Source: Leucoraja erinacea
Lineage: Eukaryota
NCBI RefSeq assembly: GCF_028641065.1
Contig: NC_073379.1
Location: forward strand, 20,894,001-20,958,000
Length of the DNA: 64,000 nucleotides
Direction: 5' to 3'
Shown: positions 13,232 to 26,913 of the stretch, piece after piece
Layout: each line of letters opens with the position of its first letter
Numbering within the stretch: the stretch's first letter is position 1
Translations under genes and position numbers: made by a program
The notes under the pieces: generated by a model
What the model was told of the DNA's origin: nothing
Databases searched by the model: none
What the model saw: only the letters and a program-made list of their open reading frames with translations

Positions 13232-13522
13232 CGGCAGCATGGTGGCGCAATGGTAACGTTGCTGCCTTACAGAGCCAGAGACCTGGGTTTGATACTGACT
13301 GCTGGTGGTTGTCTGAGCAGAGTTTGTACGTTCTCCCCGTGACCTGTGTGGGTTTTCTCCTGGATCTCCGGTTTCCTCCCACACTCCAAAGACATAAATT
13401 GGCTAGGTATAATTTTAAATTGTCCCTAGTGTGTGTAGGATAGTGTAAGTTTGCGGGGATCGCTGGTCGGTCTGGACTCGGTATGCCGAAGGTGATGTTT
13501 CCACTCTGTATCTCCAAACTAA
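13232..13522 (+). mobile_element. V-SINE (HE1-like)
   Basis: Matches the window's SINE consensus from head to tail. Confidence 0.8.
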
Positions 13523-13979
13523 TTTGTATTTTTACACATAAACCATTGTGCAAAAGGCATCTTTCACTGACTCAGATTCCACTGATCAAATATTCCAGTA
13601 AGGAAGGAGGTTTGCTTGGCCTCCGCCACGTACAATCTATGTTGGAGGTGTGTGATACTCAGCTGGTCTCAGTTCCACACCCAGTGACAACATGATGTGC
13701 ACAGCAGCCATTTCCACACTAAACCAGTGCATAAAGGTGCAACCTGCAACTTTCGTTCATCATGGTAAAAAGAACAAAGACTAAACCCTATGGGAAACCA
13801 GCAAATAAGTAATGTCCCCCCAATGTGACATCAGCGTTCAGTTCAAAGCAGACTTATTTACTGCTGCTCAGAATATATTCACCAGTTTCATCACATGTTC
13901 TCTTGACAATTGCAGAATTTCTGTGATAGCCACCTCACTGAAAAGGTGTGGCGATGTCTGCCAGTGAATCGTGTTTTAG

Positions 13980-14283
13980 GTTTTAGAGAAAAAGCACCAA
14001 AACAGGCCCTGCCAGATCAATGCCAACCATTAATCACCTATATACTAGTTCTATGTTATCCCACATTCCCATCCTACACCCTAGGGGCAATTTACAGAAG
14101 ACAACTAATCAACATGCCTGTACGAGTTTGGAATATGAGAGGAAACAGGAGCATGGGGAGAAATCCTATATGATCAAAGGGAGAATGGACAAATTGTGCA
14201 CAGACAGCACCCGTAGACAGGATCAAACTAGGGTCTCTGGTGCTGTGAGGCAGCAACTCTGCTGTTGTGCCAGTGTGCCACCA
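13980..14283 (-). mobile_element. V-SINE (HE1-like), older copy
   Basis: Reverse complement of the SINE consensus, diverged. Confidence 0.7.
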
Positions 14284-14820
14284 TGTAGATGGTACAACTT
14301 GCTGCAACTGTGTGTTGTTGGTGGTGTGAGTGAATGGCTATGCATGAGGTGCCTATAAGCGGCAAACATGTTCTGTTAGGTGTTGAACTTGAGTGTTGTT
14401 GAAGCTGCACTCTACCAGTCAAGTGTTGAGTGGTCCATCACACGCCAGACTTGAACTTTGTAGATGATGGGCAGACTTGGGGAATTCAGAGTGAGTTACT
14501 CACCATAATATTCCTAGTCTCTGACCTACTTTTGTGGACGTATTGTATATCTGGCTATCACATTTTGGTTTCAATATGAGGAAAATAAACATGGGATTAA
14601 TGTAGAAGTAGGGGATTGGTATAAATGGGTATTTGATTGCTTGCAAGGAGATAGTGGGCCAATGTGCCATTTTTTGCATTGTATTCCAGTGGCAGCATGA
14701 GAATAGATTCTTCTGTCCATCTCTTCCATATTGACCAATATGCCCCATCTAATTTAGTCTAATTTGCCTGTGATAGACACATATCCTTCTGAACCTTTTG
14801 TATCCATGCACCTGTCCAAC

Positions 14821-15551
14821 TATGGGTGGAAATCCCGGGGGGTGACAGGGGGAACACGTCCCCCTCATGTTTTGAGTGGAGGGGGACAATCCCCCCCTTC
14901 CATGTTTTGTAATCTGGATTTTGAAATTTGCTGAAAAACAAATCTATTAAAAATCTCCGCTTTCCGTGAGACAGTGGGTGTGGGACTGATGATCGAGGGC
15001 GCCGATTGGATGAGAGAGATGTCGGTCAGCAGGCAGTGGGTGGGGCATAATGATTCAGCACAATGATTGAAGGAGGGAGGTGTCAGTCAGAGGCAGAAGT
15101 AGGGGGGTGGGATTGAAGATTGGGGTGATTGGAGTTGCTGGTGGAGCAAAGATCAAAGAGGGGAGTTTGAATCGGCCCGTTCGCGGGGCTTTTCATCACA
15201 CGGCACGGCTTAAAATTGGCCGCGGGATCTTCCATCGCCCCGCGGTCAAATTACTGTGTTGAGGCGACCGAGGCTCCCGATGTTGAAGCCCCCGCCGGGG
15301 GAAAGAAGATCCTGCGACCGGTTTTAAGCTCCGCCGGGCGATGAAAGGCCCCTCGAACGGGCCGATTGAAGCCCCATTATTCAGGGCGGACGAAGCTTCT
15401 GTTGCTAGTGTTTGGAGTCAGTCACCAACCATGTCAGCTCCCGATGTTATCATCCACAGGGCCCACGGCTAAAGCCTTGCGTGTGTGTGCGCATGCGGCC
15501 ATCAAAAAAGTGCCCCCCCTCCCCATGTTTTTATAGCGATTTCGGCCCCTG
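14821..15551. mobile_element. Non-autonomous hAT-like DNA transposon inserted in a CR1 3' end
   Basis: Imperfect TIRs TATGGGTGGAAATC / GATTTCGGCCCCTG. 8-bp TSD TGTCCAAC (14813-14820) / TGTCCAAA (15552-15559). Confidence 0.7.
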
Positions 15552-18261
15552 TGTCCAAATGTCTTTTAAAAGTTGTTATTGTACCTGCCTTCACCACATT
15601 CTCTGTCAGCTGGTTCAATTTCCCCCACCAATCTCCATGTGAAGTAGTTACACTTCAGGTTCCTTATAAATGTTTCCCCATTCACTTTAAACCTATACCG
15701 TGCAGTTTATGTTTCCCCTTCCCTGGGAGAAAGATTGAGTGCATTCACCTTATCAATGCATGATTCTCTAGCCTCCTGTGCCCCAAGAAATAAAGTCCGA
15801 GCCTGACGAAATCTCTCCCGCTAACTCGGATCCACAAATCCTGGCAACATGCTTTTAATCTTCTTTGCACTATTTCCCACTCAATGACACTTTTCCGAGG
15901 GTAACCAAAACTGCTCACAATACTCTAAGTGCAGTCTCACCACGTCTTGCACAAATGCAACATAATCTCCCAACTGCCTTGACTGCTGAAGGCCAATGTG
16001 CCAAACCATTTCTTCACCATTCTACCTACCTGTGACACACTTTAAGGGAACCTCTTTCACTATCTGATGGGGAATGATTTAATAATTGTTATATGGACTG
16101 AAAGAACTAATACAAGGCTGTACACTTTCAGCTTCAGTTCAATTGGCAATTGGCCCAAACCGCATGGTAAAATTTCCACTTTCCTTTCAGAATGGAGTTA
16201 TGTTTCAAGTTTCTATATAAACACAGCAACCAAATATACAATGGCCATTCTTCTCAGAACCTACATAATTGAAAACGTTTTTAGAGCTTATTTCTTTCAC
16301 TTGCATTAAAATATTCCAAGATATTTTTTTAGGAATTGCTTCCTGGCACAGTTTTAGAAATAAATATTAAAATCAATCCATCATTCCAGGATAAGAATAA
16401 AATCCATTGCAAAGTCACTTACTGTAACGTAAGACGAGTTAAAAGCCGTAGATTCCTGAGACATACAGCACAGAAACAGCCCCTTATGCCCACTGAGTCC
16501 ACATTGACCATCAGCCATTCATTTACACCAATCCTTCGCACATCCCTCCTTTTTAAAATTATCCCCACATCCTCATCTGCTAATCCAGATTTGACTATTC
16601 ACCTACACACCACAGGCAATTTACTGCCAAAAATGAACCTAACAACATGCATGTCTTTGGAGTTAAGAATTTAGCTGGAGCACCCAAAGGAGACCCACAG
16701 GGAGAACATGCTAACTCCACTTAGGTAGCACCCAAGGCCGGGATTGAATCCCAGCCGACAGCATGCAAGTTGAATTGGCAGTATTTCTGGCGTTACCAAG
16801 AACCAGACTTCAAACTCTGTTCACAGTGATTTGTTTGTCATATCCATAGAACTAGAAATTAGTGGCAAGAACAAATGGTTGAGAAACAAATCCAGAATAT
16901 AGGTGAATATTTAACTCAGAAAATAGCAGAGTTTGACTGGTGTTTTCCGTGCCTGCATTTACAGACGACTTCTGGGACTATAATAGGTGCATGGCTGGGT
17001 GGTCGAAAATCAGACTTTAAAGCAAACATACCAAAAAGAATATACTGGAATGTGCCGAGTCCAGATCCATTTAAAATGCTATTAGCATGACGATTGTACG
17101 AAGGTTTTTCTGTGAACAGATTAACTCTGAATATTTTTACTTAACCAAACAAGGGAAGTTTTATAATCTACGATCCATGATAATGACAGTCGTTGGGGTT
17201 GTTATATTGTCACAAGTGTGGAGATCAGGAAAGCTCATTCCACAATTACCATTCCGCATGGTAAATTTAGGACAATCGATACTCAGAAGATACAAGCAAT
17301 AACAAATCAAATAATTCTGGTATTACTAAGACTACAACCATTGAGTAGGACTGTTGATTAACTCTATGAGAGCTGCAGATGGGTCTAGTTTTCTGGGTAT
17401 GTTTTGACTTCGGGGACCAGTTGCATATCCATTACACACCTAAGATCTCCTCTGGTTCTGCATGTGGCTCATCAGTTGAAGGTTCCAATGAATGCCTGAA
17501 ACTCACTGGTCCCTAAATTGCCCCAGCACTTAGCAGACCACACCCACCCTCCAAACTCAGTGGGCTCCACACACTTCCCTGGAGTCTCACCGGGGCCTGG
17601 TTTTCCCGCACCCCTGAGAAATGCTGAGTTCATGGGAGAATTTATTATAATACCGTGTAACATCGTGAAGACAAAACAAATTAAAAGTGTTTTTTGGAAT
17701 TAATATGAGTAACATCCAGAATGCCTGCTAGTCTAGCATCAACGAAGATCTAAGTATGCCGGATTATCGGAGCTTTGGTCACCTGAAGAATGACAACAGT
17801 GGAGAAAAAGGTATTAAATTGCACTATTAATGAAATTACTTGATTTGGCCATTTATCTCCTAACTAGCTCTTGATTTTATGTGGGACTTCAAACCTCTTC
17901 CTCACTTATGGGCCATGGGCCGCATCTCCAATCTGTTTCCACTGCTTTGGCAAAATGGTCCACAATTGCTCTGTAGGGTTCTACACCTTACAATACTTGG
18001 GTCTAAGGATGAAATATAGTATGCAAGTTGATGTTTGCAGAACAACAAGTTCTTCCTGCTAATTAATGAATCTCCTGTGATCACTATGTTATCTCCAAGA
18101 GGTGAACCCAATGTTCATTCTGCCTGTTTCCAGGTGTAGTCTGACCTGTTGAGTATTTCCAGCATTCTTCATTTTTTTTTAAATTTTGGATTATCAGCAC
18201 CAGTGGTCTTTTTTTTTAAATTTTGTACACTCATTTAACTTCCCCTTAAATTATTCTGTGC

Positions 18262-18555
18262 TGTTGTAGCGGCACCTGTTGGTGCCTTAGGATAGTCAAA
18301 CCCTCGGATTGGCTACTCCAGTCACGTGGGTGCGGGGAGCGAGATTCACGTGCTTTTTGTCGAGTTCATTCATTCTCGTGCCACACTTGTGGATGCAACA
18401 TCATTTTGTTGGCTGTCTTATCGACTCGCATTCATTGTTTTACCGGTCGTAATAAAATTCATTGAATTAACTCACAGTCTCGACTCACCAAACTGTCTTT
18501 AATTCCTCCAAGGATTTCACAATGTTACTGGTCGATTACTGGTTCAGTTGCAACA
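18262..18555 (+). mobile_element. Solo LTR (Gypsy- or ERV-like)
   Basis: TGTTGTAG...TTGCAACA ends, internal AATAAA at ~18451, 4-bp flanks GTGC/GAGC. Confidence 0.65.
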
Positions 18556-18834
18556 GAGCTCCCCACTGGAATTCTCAGTGATGAATCCCTGTTCAGATTT
18601 TGCCCACAACTAGAAATTTATTTTCTGCCTACCCGCCCCCACTAACAAAAGGATCTCCAGGAGGCATAGCCTCGAGAAGGTGACGTCTAACATCGAGGAT
18701 CCCCAACCACAACAAGACCCCCTTCTTCTTGCTGCTCCAATTAGGCTGGAGTCCAACACCATCAGATGCAGGAACGAAGACTTTCCGACAACCATTCTTG
18801 AACTGACCTGCCGACGCAAATCCTACCTCAGCAA

Positions 18835-19140
18835 CAGAACATAGAAAATAGGTGCAGGAGGCCATTCGGCCCTTCAAGCCAGCACTGCCATTCATTGTGA
18901 TCATGGCTGATCGTCCCCAATCAATAATTGATATTATATGAGGCAGCCCCAGCCTGCCTTCTCCCCATATCCCTTGATTGCACTAGCCCCTGGAGCTCTA
19001 TCTAACTCTCTCTTAAATCCATCCAGTGACTTGGCCTCCACTGCCCTCTGTGGTAGGGAATTCCACAAATTCACAACTCTCTGGGTGAAAAAGTTTTTTC
19101 TCACCTCAGTCTTAAATGGCTTCCCCTTTATTCTAAGACT
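18835..19140 (-). mobile_element. CR1 LINE 3' end
   Basis: Reverse of RKNFFTQRVVNLWNSLP plus the CR1 3' UTR and TTTCTATG tail. Confidence 0.85.
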
Positions 19141-21929
19141 AACATGACAGCCCGCTGTTTGCCCACCATGGATTTGTTTCCTAATTGTGTTTTTGCACTA
19201 ATGTACTTTTTTTTTTGTACAGTCTATTTCTTCTCACAGCCTTGCATAATTTATATATATTTTATGTTTTTGTACATTTGTCTGTGTCTATGTGCCCATG
19301 ACACTGATGCATGCAAGACTTTCATTATACCTGTACCTCACCCAACTTTACAGCTGCTCATCTTTCAAATGAACTCTCGCCCTTTGTGTGTTTATGGGTT
19401 TATTAACCTCCACCAGTATTTTCAGTTAATTGTTTAAAATGGTAGCTTTCTTTGCCTACCATATTTATTCGAGCTATGCATAGTCCAACATATCCTTCTT
19501 ACCCAAGTGCACCATTTCTCTCTTACCCAAAGAGGAACTAATTCAGTGAGCACATGCCGATTTAGTTTACTCCTATTATCCTATATTTTGCTTGGTTGTA
19601 CCACTGCTATCACTACAATTTGTAGTAGGGCCATAGCCCAGGGTCCATCCTGCAGGTGGACATTGAGAAGCTGAGTCCTGTGGGGATACCCCTCAAACAA
19701 GGGAAGGTATATCACCCCAGGGAACCACATGAGTGGAAAGGATGTCTTGTTTGAAGATAGGTGTGAACACTACTGAGCTTGACACTTGAATGTATAGTGC
19801 ATGTCTTAAGTGTTTTTGCACTGTTTCACTTTATTTATTTATTTATTATTCCAAATTCTGAGATATATTTTAAAATTTGCTCTTCTGGCACAGCAAGACG
19901 TCTGTCAGTAAATGTTTCTACTTGGCCCATTCTAGACTGCAGAAGTACATGCTGAGGGAAGCACTAGAGCCAACATAAAGACTCTGTGGGAGAGGCCGAG
20001 AGTCTAGTGTTGTTCTGTTACTGGACATTGAGGGGCAGAGTCTGGGGGACACACCTTCAAACAAGGGAAGGGATATCACCCCAGGACCTCATATAATTGG
20101 CAAGGGCATTTTTGTTAAAGATAGGTGTAAACACTATTGAGTAAGATGTGATTTAATGTATAGACACTGAGAATGTATGAAGTGCTTTTTGCAGTTATTG
20201 TTTTGTATATATTTTTTATTCAGGATAAAGTTTATTTTTATTTTATTTTTTAATTGCTGTCACATGCAAGGATTGAAATTGCACTTCTGATTACCGAGTT
20301 AGTTCATGTATATAGTAAAAGCAGCATTCTTGGCACCGATTCCTGTGGTTTGCCTCCCATGTTTTACAATCTGAATAGCAACCATTAATCCCAATGTTTT
20401 TTGTTTCATCAATACTATTCATTCTGACTCTTCATCACTGTCAAATCCACAATTTGGCACTGTAACAAGTCTTTTTAAAACTTAAATATTTTTTATCTAC
20501 TGGATTATAATTGTCTAACATTAATCTTACTTCTTCAAAGAATTTAACATTGATTAAGCATGAATTTCCTTTTTAAAATCTGCAGTGTCTAATCTATTAT
20601 ACTTACAGTTTCCAAATATTTATTACTTTATCTGAATGCAGTCATAATATGAATGAGTTCTGTGAAATATTTGAATGGGAGGAAGCAAAGCAGTGATGAT
20701 GTTTATGAATTAAAAACTGACTGCAATGAGATGAGACCAAAAAAAAAGTCTACGCTAAATTGAACAGATCTACCAATGGGATAAAACTCAAGAGGTGTTA
20801 AAAAATAATTTGTATGATGCAGAACTATTTTAATCGCTCAAGGGAATGAAAGGTTTGCTTGCCAGAAGCAATCCTGCACAAAGAAAGAGATGATGAAAAC
20901 CTTGAAGGGAATAGATAAGCAAGACATAATCTTGAAACTTGGTGACAGTGAGAGTTGCCATTTATGAGAGACTGTCAGAGGTGTCCCTTTGGCTATCCTC
21001 ATGCTTCAATGGAAAGTCTGATGCTCAAGTCTACAATTTTCTTCTTTCGTTGTTACTAGTTTTCAAAAGGTTTTCCTAGGCCTGACCTCTCCATTTTTTT
21101 CACACTAACTGGAGGAATATGGACCAAATGCTGACAGTGTAGCTGGGACATGTTAGCTGGTGTGGGCAATTTGGGCCAAAGGGCCTTTTTCCACACTGCA
21201 TCACTCTGGGACTCTATAACTGTGACAAATCTAAAGTGTGGAGACGGGCTGATTTTCATCCCTGAATTTTAAAGGAAGAATGAGAACATTATGACTGATG
21301 TATCAGCCTGGGGAATGTAAAGAATATGTCATATCTGATAAATTGCATTGATTTGCTTTGAAAAGGTGATTAAAGTGGTGGTCAGGGAATATCAATGGCT
21401 GTTTGTTATATTCACTACCACAAGGTATTTGATGAACCCCTATTCATTGCAACGTTGTAAATGTCACATGCCCTACACCAGACGCTATGGTAAAATTAAA
21501 TTGCCACTCAAGCACCAAATTTGTCAATGGAGATTACTATAAAGTTAATTTCACGTGGATTATTTATGATACATAGGATGATTCCATCAAATTGGAGTGT
21601 GTGAACTATTCTGGACTCTACACGATAACTTGCCCTGTTTTATTCTCTCAGGGTCTTTCTGTATCCTGGACTATTTCAGGCAGATGGAATCAAGGGTGAA
21701 ACTATATCCAATCATCATTCTCTCACTCACTACAGCTCACCTCAAAAGATCTATGAACTAGTTCAGGAACATTCAAAGATTATTTTTTCTTTCTTTCCCC
21801 AAGGGGAAATCATTCTCATGGTCAGAAAATGTAGATGACTTTAGATGTGATATGTGAAAAATTTAGATGTGAACATTTAGATGTGATATGAGTCAACCAG
21901 TTAAGAGGCTTTTGAATAGGCACATGATA

Positions 21930-22400
21930 GTCATTGAGTCACAGAGTGATACAGTGTGGAAAAAGGCCTTTCAGCCCAACTTGCCCACACACCGGCCAAC
22001 ATATCCCAGCTACATTAGTCCCACTGGCCGGCATATGTTCCATATTCCTCCAAACTTGTCCTATCCATGTACCTGTCCAACTGTTTCTTAAACGTTGGGA
22101 TAGTCCCAGTCTCAACTAGCCTCCTCTGGCAGCTTCTTCCATCACATGTGTGGAAAAGTTACCCCTCAGGTTCCTTTTTTTCCCCTTCACCTTGAACCTA
22201 TGTCCTCTGGTCCTTGATTCCCCTACTCTGAGTAAGAGATTTCTTGCATCTACCTGATCTATTCCTCTCATGATTTTATATACCTCTATAAGATCACCCC
22301 TCACCCTCCTACACTGCAAGGAATAGAGACCCAGCCTACTCAACCTCTCCCTATAGCTCACACCCTGTAATCCTGGAAACATCCTTGTAAATGTTGTAAA
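21930..22400 (-). mobile_element. CR1 LINE 3' fragment
   Basis: FTRMFPGLQGVSYRERLSRLGLYSL...RGDLIEVYKIMRG...TRGH. Confidence 0.85.
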
Positions 22401-22927
22401 CGGAATGCAGGGATGTGGATTGCCTGCAGGTAAGTGAGATGAATTTAACTTGACATAATGTTTGGCATGGACATTGTGAGCTGAAGGGCTTGTTCCTGTG
22501 CTGTGCTGTTTTATGTTCTGTGTTCTAACAAAGCAGTCAGCAAAACCCCTAGGCTTTGCTGTTGACCAGGACTTGAAGATGATGAGGCAGTTTTTTCCCA
22601 TTTTAACATCTACATTTATTTAAGAGTTTGCTCAGACTAAATTGTTAATTTAGGATGAATATTATAATTTCAGATTCAATCTGTGCTATGAATGCATTAA
22701 AATTCATCAACAATGATGCCCATGAATCCTTGCGAAGCAGTCTCTCCAGATGACGTCAGAAGGAGTGAACCAAATTTGCCAGTACCCCAATGCATTTTCG
22801 TCATGTAATAATTTTCTGGGAGATGGTCATTGTCTATTGTCTATTATCACTGGCAAGGTCATCATTTATTGCTCATCAAGAATTTATTGCTCATCAGACT
22901 TGCATTACTAGGCCTGGAAAGGCAAAG

Positions 22928-23241
22928 ATGTGGAGAGTGGATGTGGGGAGGATGTTTCCAGTAGTGGGAGAGCCTAGGACCACAGGGCACAGCTTCAGAA
23001 TAAAAGGATGTATCTTTAGAATGGAGATGAGGAGGAATTTCTTTAGCCAGAGGGTGGTGAACCTGTGGAATTGATTGGCACAGACAGCAGTGGAGGCCAG
23101 GACGTAGGGTATTTTTCATGCGGAGATTGATAGGTTCTTGATTAGTAAGGGTGTCAATGATTACAGGGAGAAGGCAGGAGAATGTGGTTGAGAGGGAAAA
23201 ATAGATCAGCCACGATGGGGGAATGGACTCGAAGGGCTTTA
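22928..23241 (+). mobile_element. CR1 3' fragment interrupted by a Harbinger MITE
   Basis: RRNFFSQRVVNLWN motif; the tail resumes after 24012. Confidence 0.75.
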
Positions 23242-24009
23242 TGGGCCTGTCCCACTTAGGCGACTTTTTAGACGACTGCAGGAGACTCTGCAGTCGCCAC
23301 ATGGTCGCCACATGTTCGCGGGTGGTTGCCGGGGAGTCGCCTTCATGGTTGTGAGGAGTTCCCGCATTCTGGGAACTAGTCGCGGCCTCATTATGGTCGA
23401 CCCTTATTTTTCAACATGTTGAAAAATTAGCTGCGACCAGAATGAAGCCGCCATGAAGAGTGACGAGCATTCTCGTGCCATAGGTGCAGTGGTAGTGGGT
23501 TGCCAGGAGGTTGAAGATCGTCGTAGGTACTCGTAGGTTGTAGCCGGTACTGACTGGTGAATTTCATTGGCTCATTGGAGAAAAAAAACGTAAGCAGTAG
23601 TTTTCAGTACCAAGGATAATCGACCGGTAATGTTAATGTCTGCCGAACATCGCAGCCGTGTATCTCTAGCTTCTTAAAAGTTGTCTCCACTCCTTCTCCC
23701 CACTTCTCCCCCCTCCCCCGCTCTTTTAAAGGACTTATGTGATCCTTCCCGTACACAGTGCTTTCACTGTCTTAATTACAGCGCCAACCTTCCTGTTCAT
23801 TGCGGTGTGTGTCTGTATCACATTGGCTTTGCACCGTGTGAATTTCACTCAGACAGTGCTCTATCCGCTTGCCCTGTCCCCCACCTGCATAACGGGCTGA
23901 TGAAGGAATCGATGTGCGTGTGTGTGCGTTCCACTCTGACAGTCGCCGTTCCAGTCGCCGGTTTTGAGGCATCTGTTGGCGAAAAAATCGCCTAAGTGGG
24001 ACAGGTCCA
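23242..24009. mobile_element. PIF/Harbinger-type non-autonomous element (MITE)
   Basis: 22-bp TIR TGGGCCTGTCCCACTTAGGCGA / TCGCCTAAGTGGGACAGGTCCA, TTA TSD (23239-23241, 24010-24012), second copy at 34442-35185. Confidence 0.85.
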
Positions 24010-24314
24010 TTACTGTCTAATTCTGCTCCTGTGTCTTATGAATATTTGCAGTGAAGGTATTTCCACTGAACAGTTCCCTCATCAACTAAAGTGTGGCGCT
24101 GACCTCCCATCCACCTCATTGGAGAACTTTGAACATACTTTAATCGGACTCCAATGTTATATCTTTGCACTATATTTTGTACCCTTTAGCCTTTATCTTT
24201 GCACTGTGGACAGCTTGATCATATTCATGTATAGTCTACACTGGAATGCATGTAAATAAATGCTATTCACTGTATCTTGGTACACGTGACGATAATAAGA
24301 AACTAAATTAAACA

Positions 24315-25060
24315 GTAGATGGAAACAAAGTGCTGGAGTAACTCAGCGGCTCAGGCAGCATCTCTGGAGAAAAAGGATGCATGATGTTTTGGGACGGGAT
24401 CATTTTTCAGACCGAAAGTTGAGCGGAGGGAATTGGAGGTAAGAAAAGAACAGAACAAAGCAAAGCCGGCAACAGATGACCAAGGGAGGGTGGAACCTAT
24501 AATTGGCCTATTGTTGGCTGGGAATAGGTGATATCGAAGGGATACAAGGATGCAAGCAATGGAATTAGTAGGACGTCTTGGGTGTTGGATGGAAGTTGAG
24601 AGAGCGAATGCAGAAATCTTGAAATGAGAGAAAGCAACAGTCAGATTACTTGGTTATAAGCTGCACAATCAAAATATGACGTGCTGTCCCTCCAATTTGC
24701 GTGTGGCATCACTCTGACAATAAAGGATGCTAAGGACAGAAATGTCAGTATGGGAATGGGAAGGGAAGTCCCAATGTCTGGAAACCTGGGGATTGCATAG
24801 GCCAAGTGGACTGAGTATGTATTCAGCAAAAAGATCACCCAGTCTGCGCTGGGTCTCGCCGATTTAGGGGAGTTCACATTGAGAACAACAGATACAGTAG
24901 ATGATGTTGGAGGAGATGCTAGTGCACTTCGGCCTCACCTGGAAGGACTGTCAGTGTCCTTGCATGGAATTGAGGAAGGAAGTATAAGGGCAGGTGTTGT
25001 ATCTCCTGCGGTTGCAGGGGAATGTTCCTGAGGAGGATGTGGTTTGGGTGGCAAGGGAAG
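24315..25060 (-). mobile_element. Penelope-like element fragment (GIY-YIG endonuclease region plus pLTR)
   Basis: GTFPCNRRRYNTCPYTS...QSFQVR...SSNIIYCICCSQC matches the PLE linker and GIY-YIG region; pLTR at 24315-24420. Confidence 0.8.
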
Positions 25061-25729
25061 CTAAACAGTGCTTTTGAGGAGAAAGTTCCGGGATTTTGAT
25101 GCAATGACAATGAAGGAATGGTGATGTATTTTGAAGTCGGGATGGTATGTATGGTTGTGGTGTTTCCATGTGCCTATGGCCCTTGTTATATTTGGTGCTT
25201 AGCGAGCGCTGTTGGAAAAGCCTGGGCGAGTAAATGCAGTGGATTTTGCATTTGGTAAACACTACATTGCGTTCCAATGGTGGAGGGAATGAACATTGAG
25301 TATTGTGGATAGGGTACAAACCAAGCCAACTGCTTTGCCTTGGCTGTGGTCAAGTATCTTGTGCATTGTCAGCAGTGGACCCATCAAGGCAGGTGATGAG
25401 TATACCATCACATTCCTATTTTGTGTCCTTCAGATGGTGCAAATTCTTCATAGTTATAGAAATAGACAGCATGGTAATAGATCCTTCAGCATAACTCATC
25501 CATATTGACCAACTTCCACCTGAGCTCACCCCACTCTCAAGCATTTGGCCTATAACCTTTGAAGCTTTTCTCTTCATACCCCAGGGGAGAAATCATCAAG
25601 GCAGGTGAAGAATATACCATCACATTTCGACTTTGTGTTCTTCAGATGGTGCAAAGACTTCATTGATATATAAATATAATGCATGGAAATTGGTCTTTCA
25701 GTCCATCTCATCCATACTGTCCCCTCCCC

Positions 25730-26250
25730 CAGCCTATCCAACCTCTCTTTATAACTAAAGCCCTGCATTCCCAATGTCGTTCCAGTGAACAATGTCTGCA
25801 CCCATTCCAGCTTAATGACATACCTCCTAAAGCTGCATGACCAGATCTGCAAATAAGACTCCTAGTGTAGTCTCATCAGCATCTTGCACAGTTGTAACAT
25901 GATGTCCCAACCCTTGTACTCAATACCCTGACCAATGGAACAAAGATTGCAAAGAGTTTCTTCACCAATCAGTCTAGCTGCAGTGTCACTTCCAGGGAAT
26001 TATCTACTGTACTTGTATCCTGGATCTCACTGTCCTACAACTCTCTCTGGGGTCCTGCCATTTACCATGTGAGTCCAGCTTTGTCCTAACTTACCACAAT
26101 ACAACATTTTGCACTTGTCAGAGTTAAATTCCATCTGCCACCCCTTGGCCCACTTCCCCAGTTCATAAAGATGCTGTTGCAATCTTGGATAACTGTCTTG
26201 ACTGTTCACTACAGCGACAGTTTTAGTGTACTCTGCAAACTAACCATGCC
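25730..26250 (-). mobile_element. CR1 RT fragment
   Basis: LQQHLYELGKWAKGWQMEFNSDKCKMLY. Confidence 0.8.
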
Positions 26251-26439
26251 AACTACATACTGTTAAAGGAATGTATCCCGTGCCTGTGCAATCTGTGTGG
26301 CAGGAAATTTTGCCGTCTACAGCTTTCCTTCTTCTAATGGAGCAGCAGGAATGAGAGGAGCAGAGATGTAACACTTCCAATCGGCTCTGGTGCGCCACTT
26401 TCTAGGCCGTTTTCCTGCTCTTCACACTTGATACATTGA

Positions 26440-26597
26440 AAGGAAACGCAGGTGCTGCTTTACACCAAAGATAGACACAAATTGCTAGAGTAACTCAACT
26501 CGGACTGAAGAAGGGTTCCATCCCGAAACGTTACCTATTCCTTTTCTCCAGAGATGCTGCCTGACCCACTGAGTTAATCCAGCTTTTTGTGTCTATC
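26440..26597. mobile_element. Penelope pLTR-derived fold-back unit (partial)
   Basis: Inverted arms GATAGACACAAA...TTTGTGTCTATC around CTGAAGAAGGG...CCCGAAACGTT. Confidence 0.65.
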
Positions 26598-26913
26598 ATA
26601 CTCGATACTAGGATTTACAAACTTTTTCACATGAGCACAAGAGGTATGTGTGGGAAGGAACTGCAGATGCTGGTTTACCTCGAAGAAAGACACAAAAAGC
26701 TGGAGTAACTCAGCGGTACAAGCAACATCTGTTCTGTGCGTTTGCAATACTTATTGACAATTTCACTTGCCAATCTTTAACCAGAACCTCTCCCCCAACA
26801 GGAGTGGATGGATTCCTACCAATATGTCACTATTGAGCTGCAGGTAAACAGGAACGCCGTGCATATGGTTTATTGTACGAGTACATGTTAATAGCACTCT
26901 CGCTGATTGGTAA

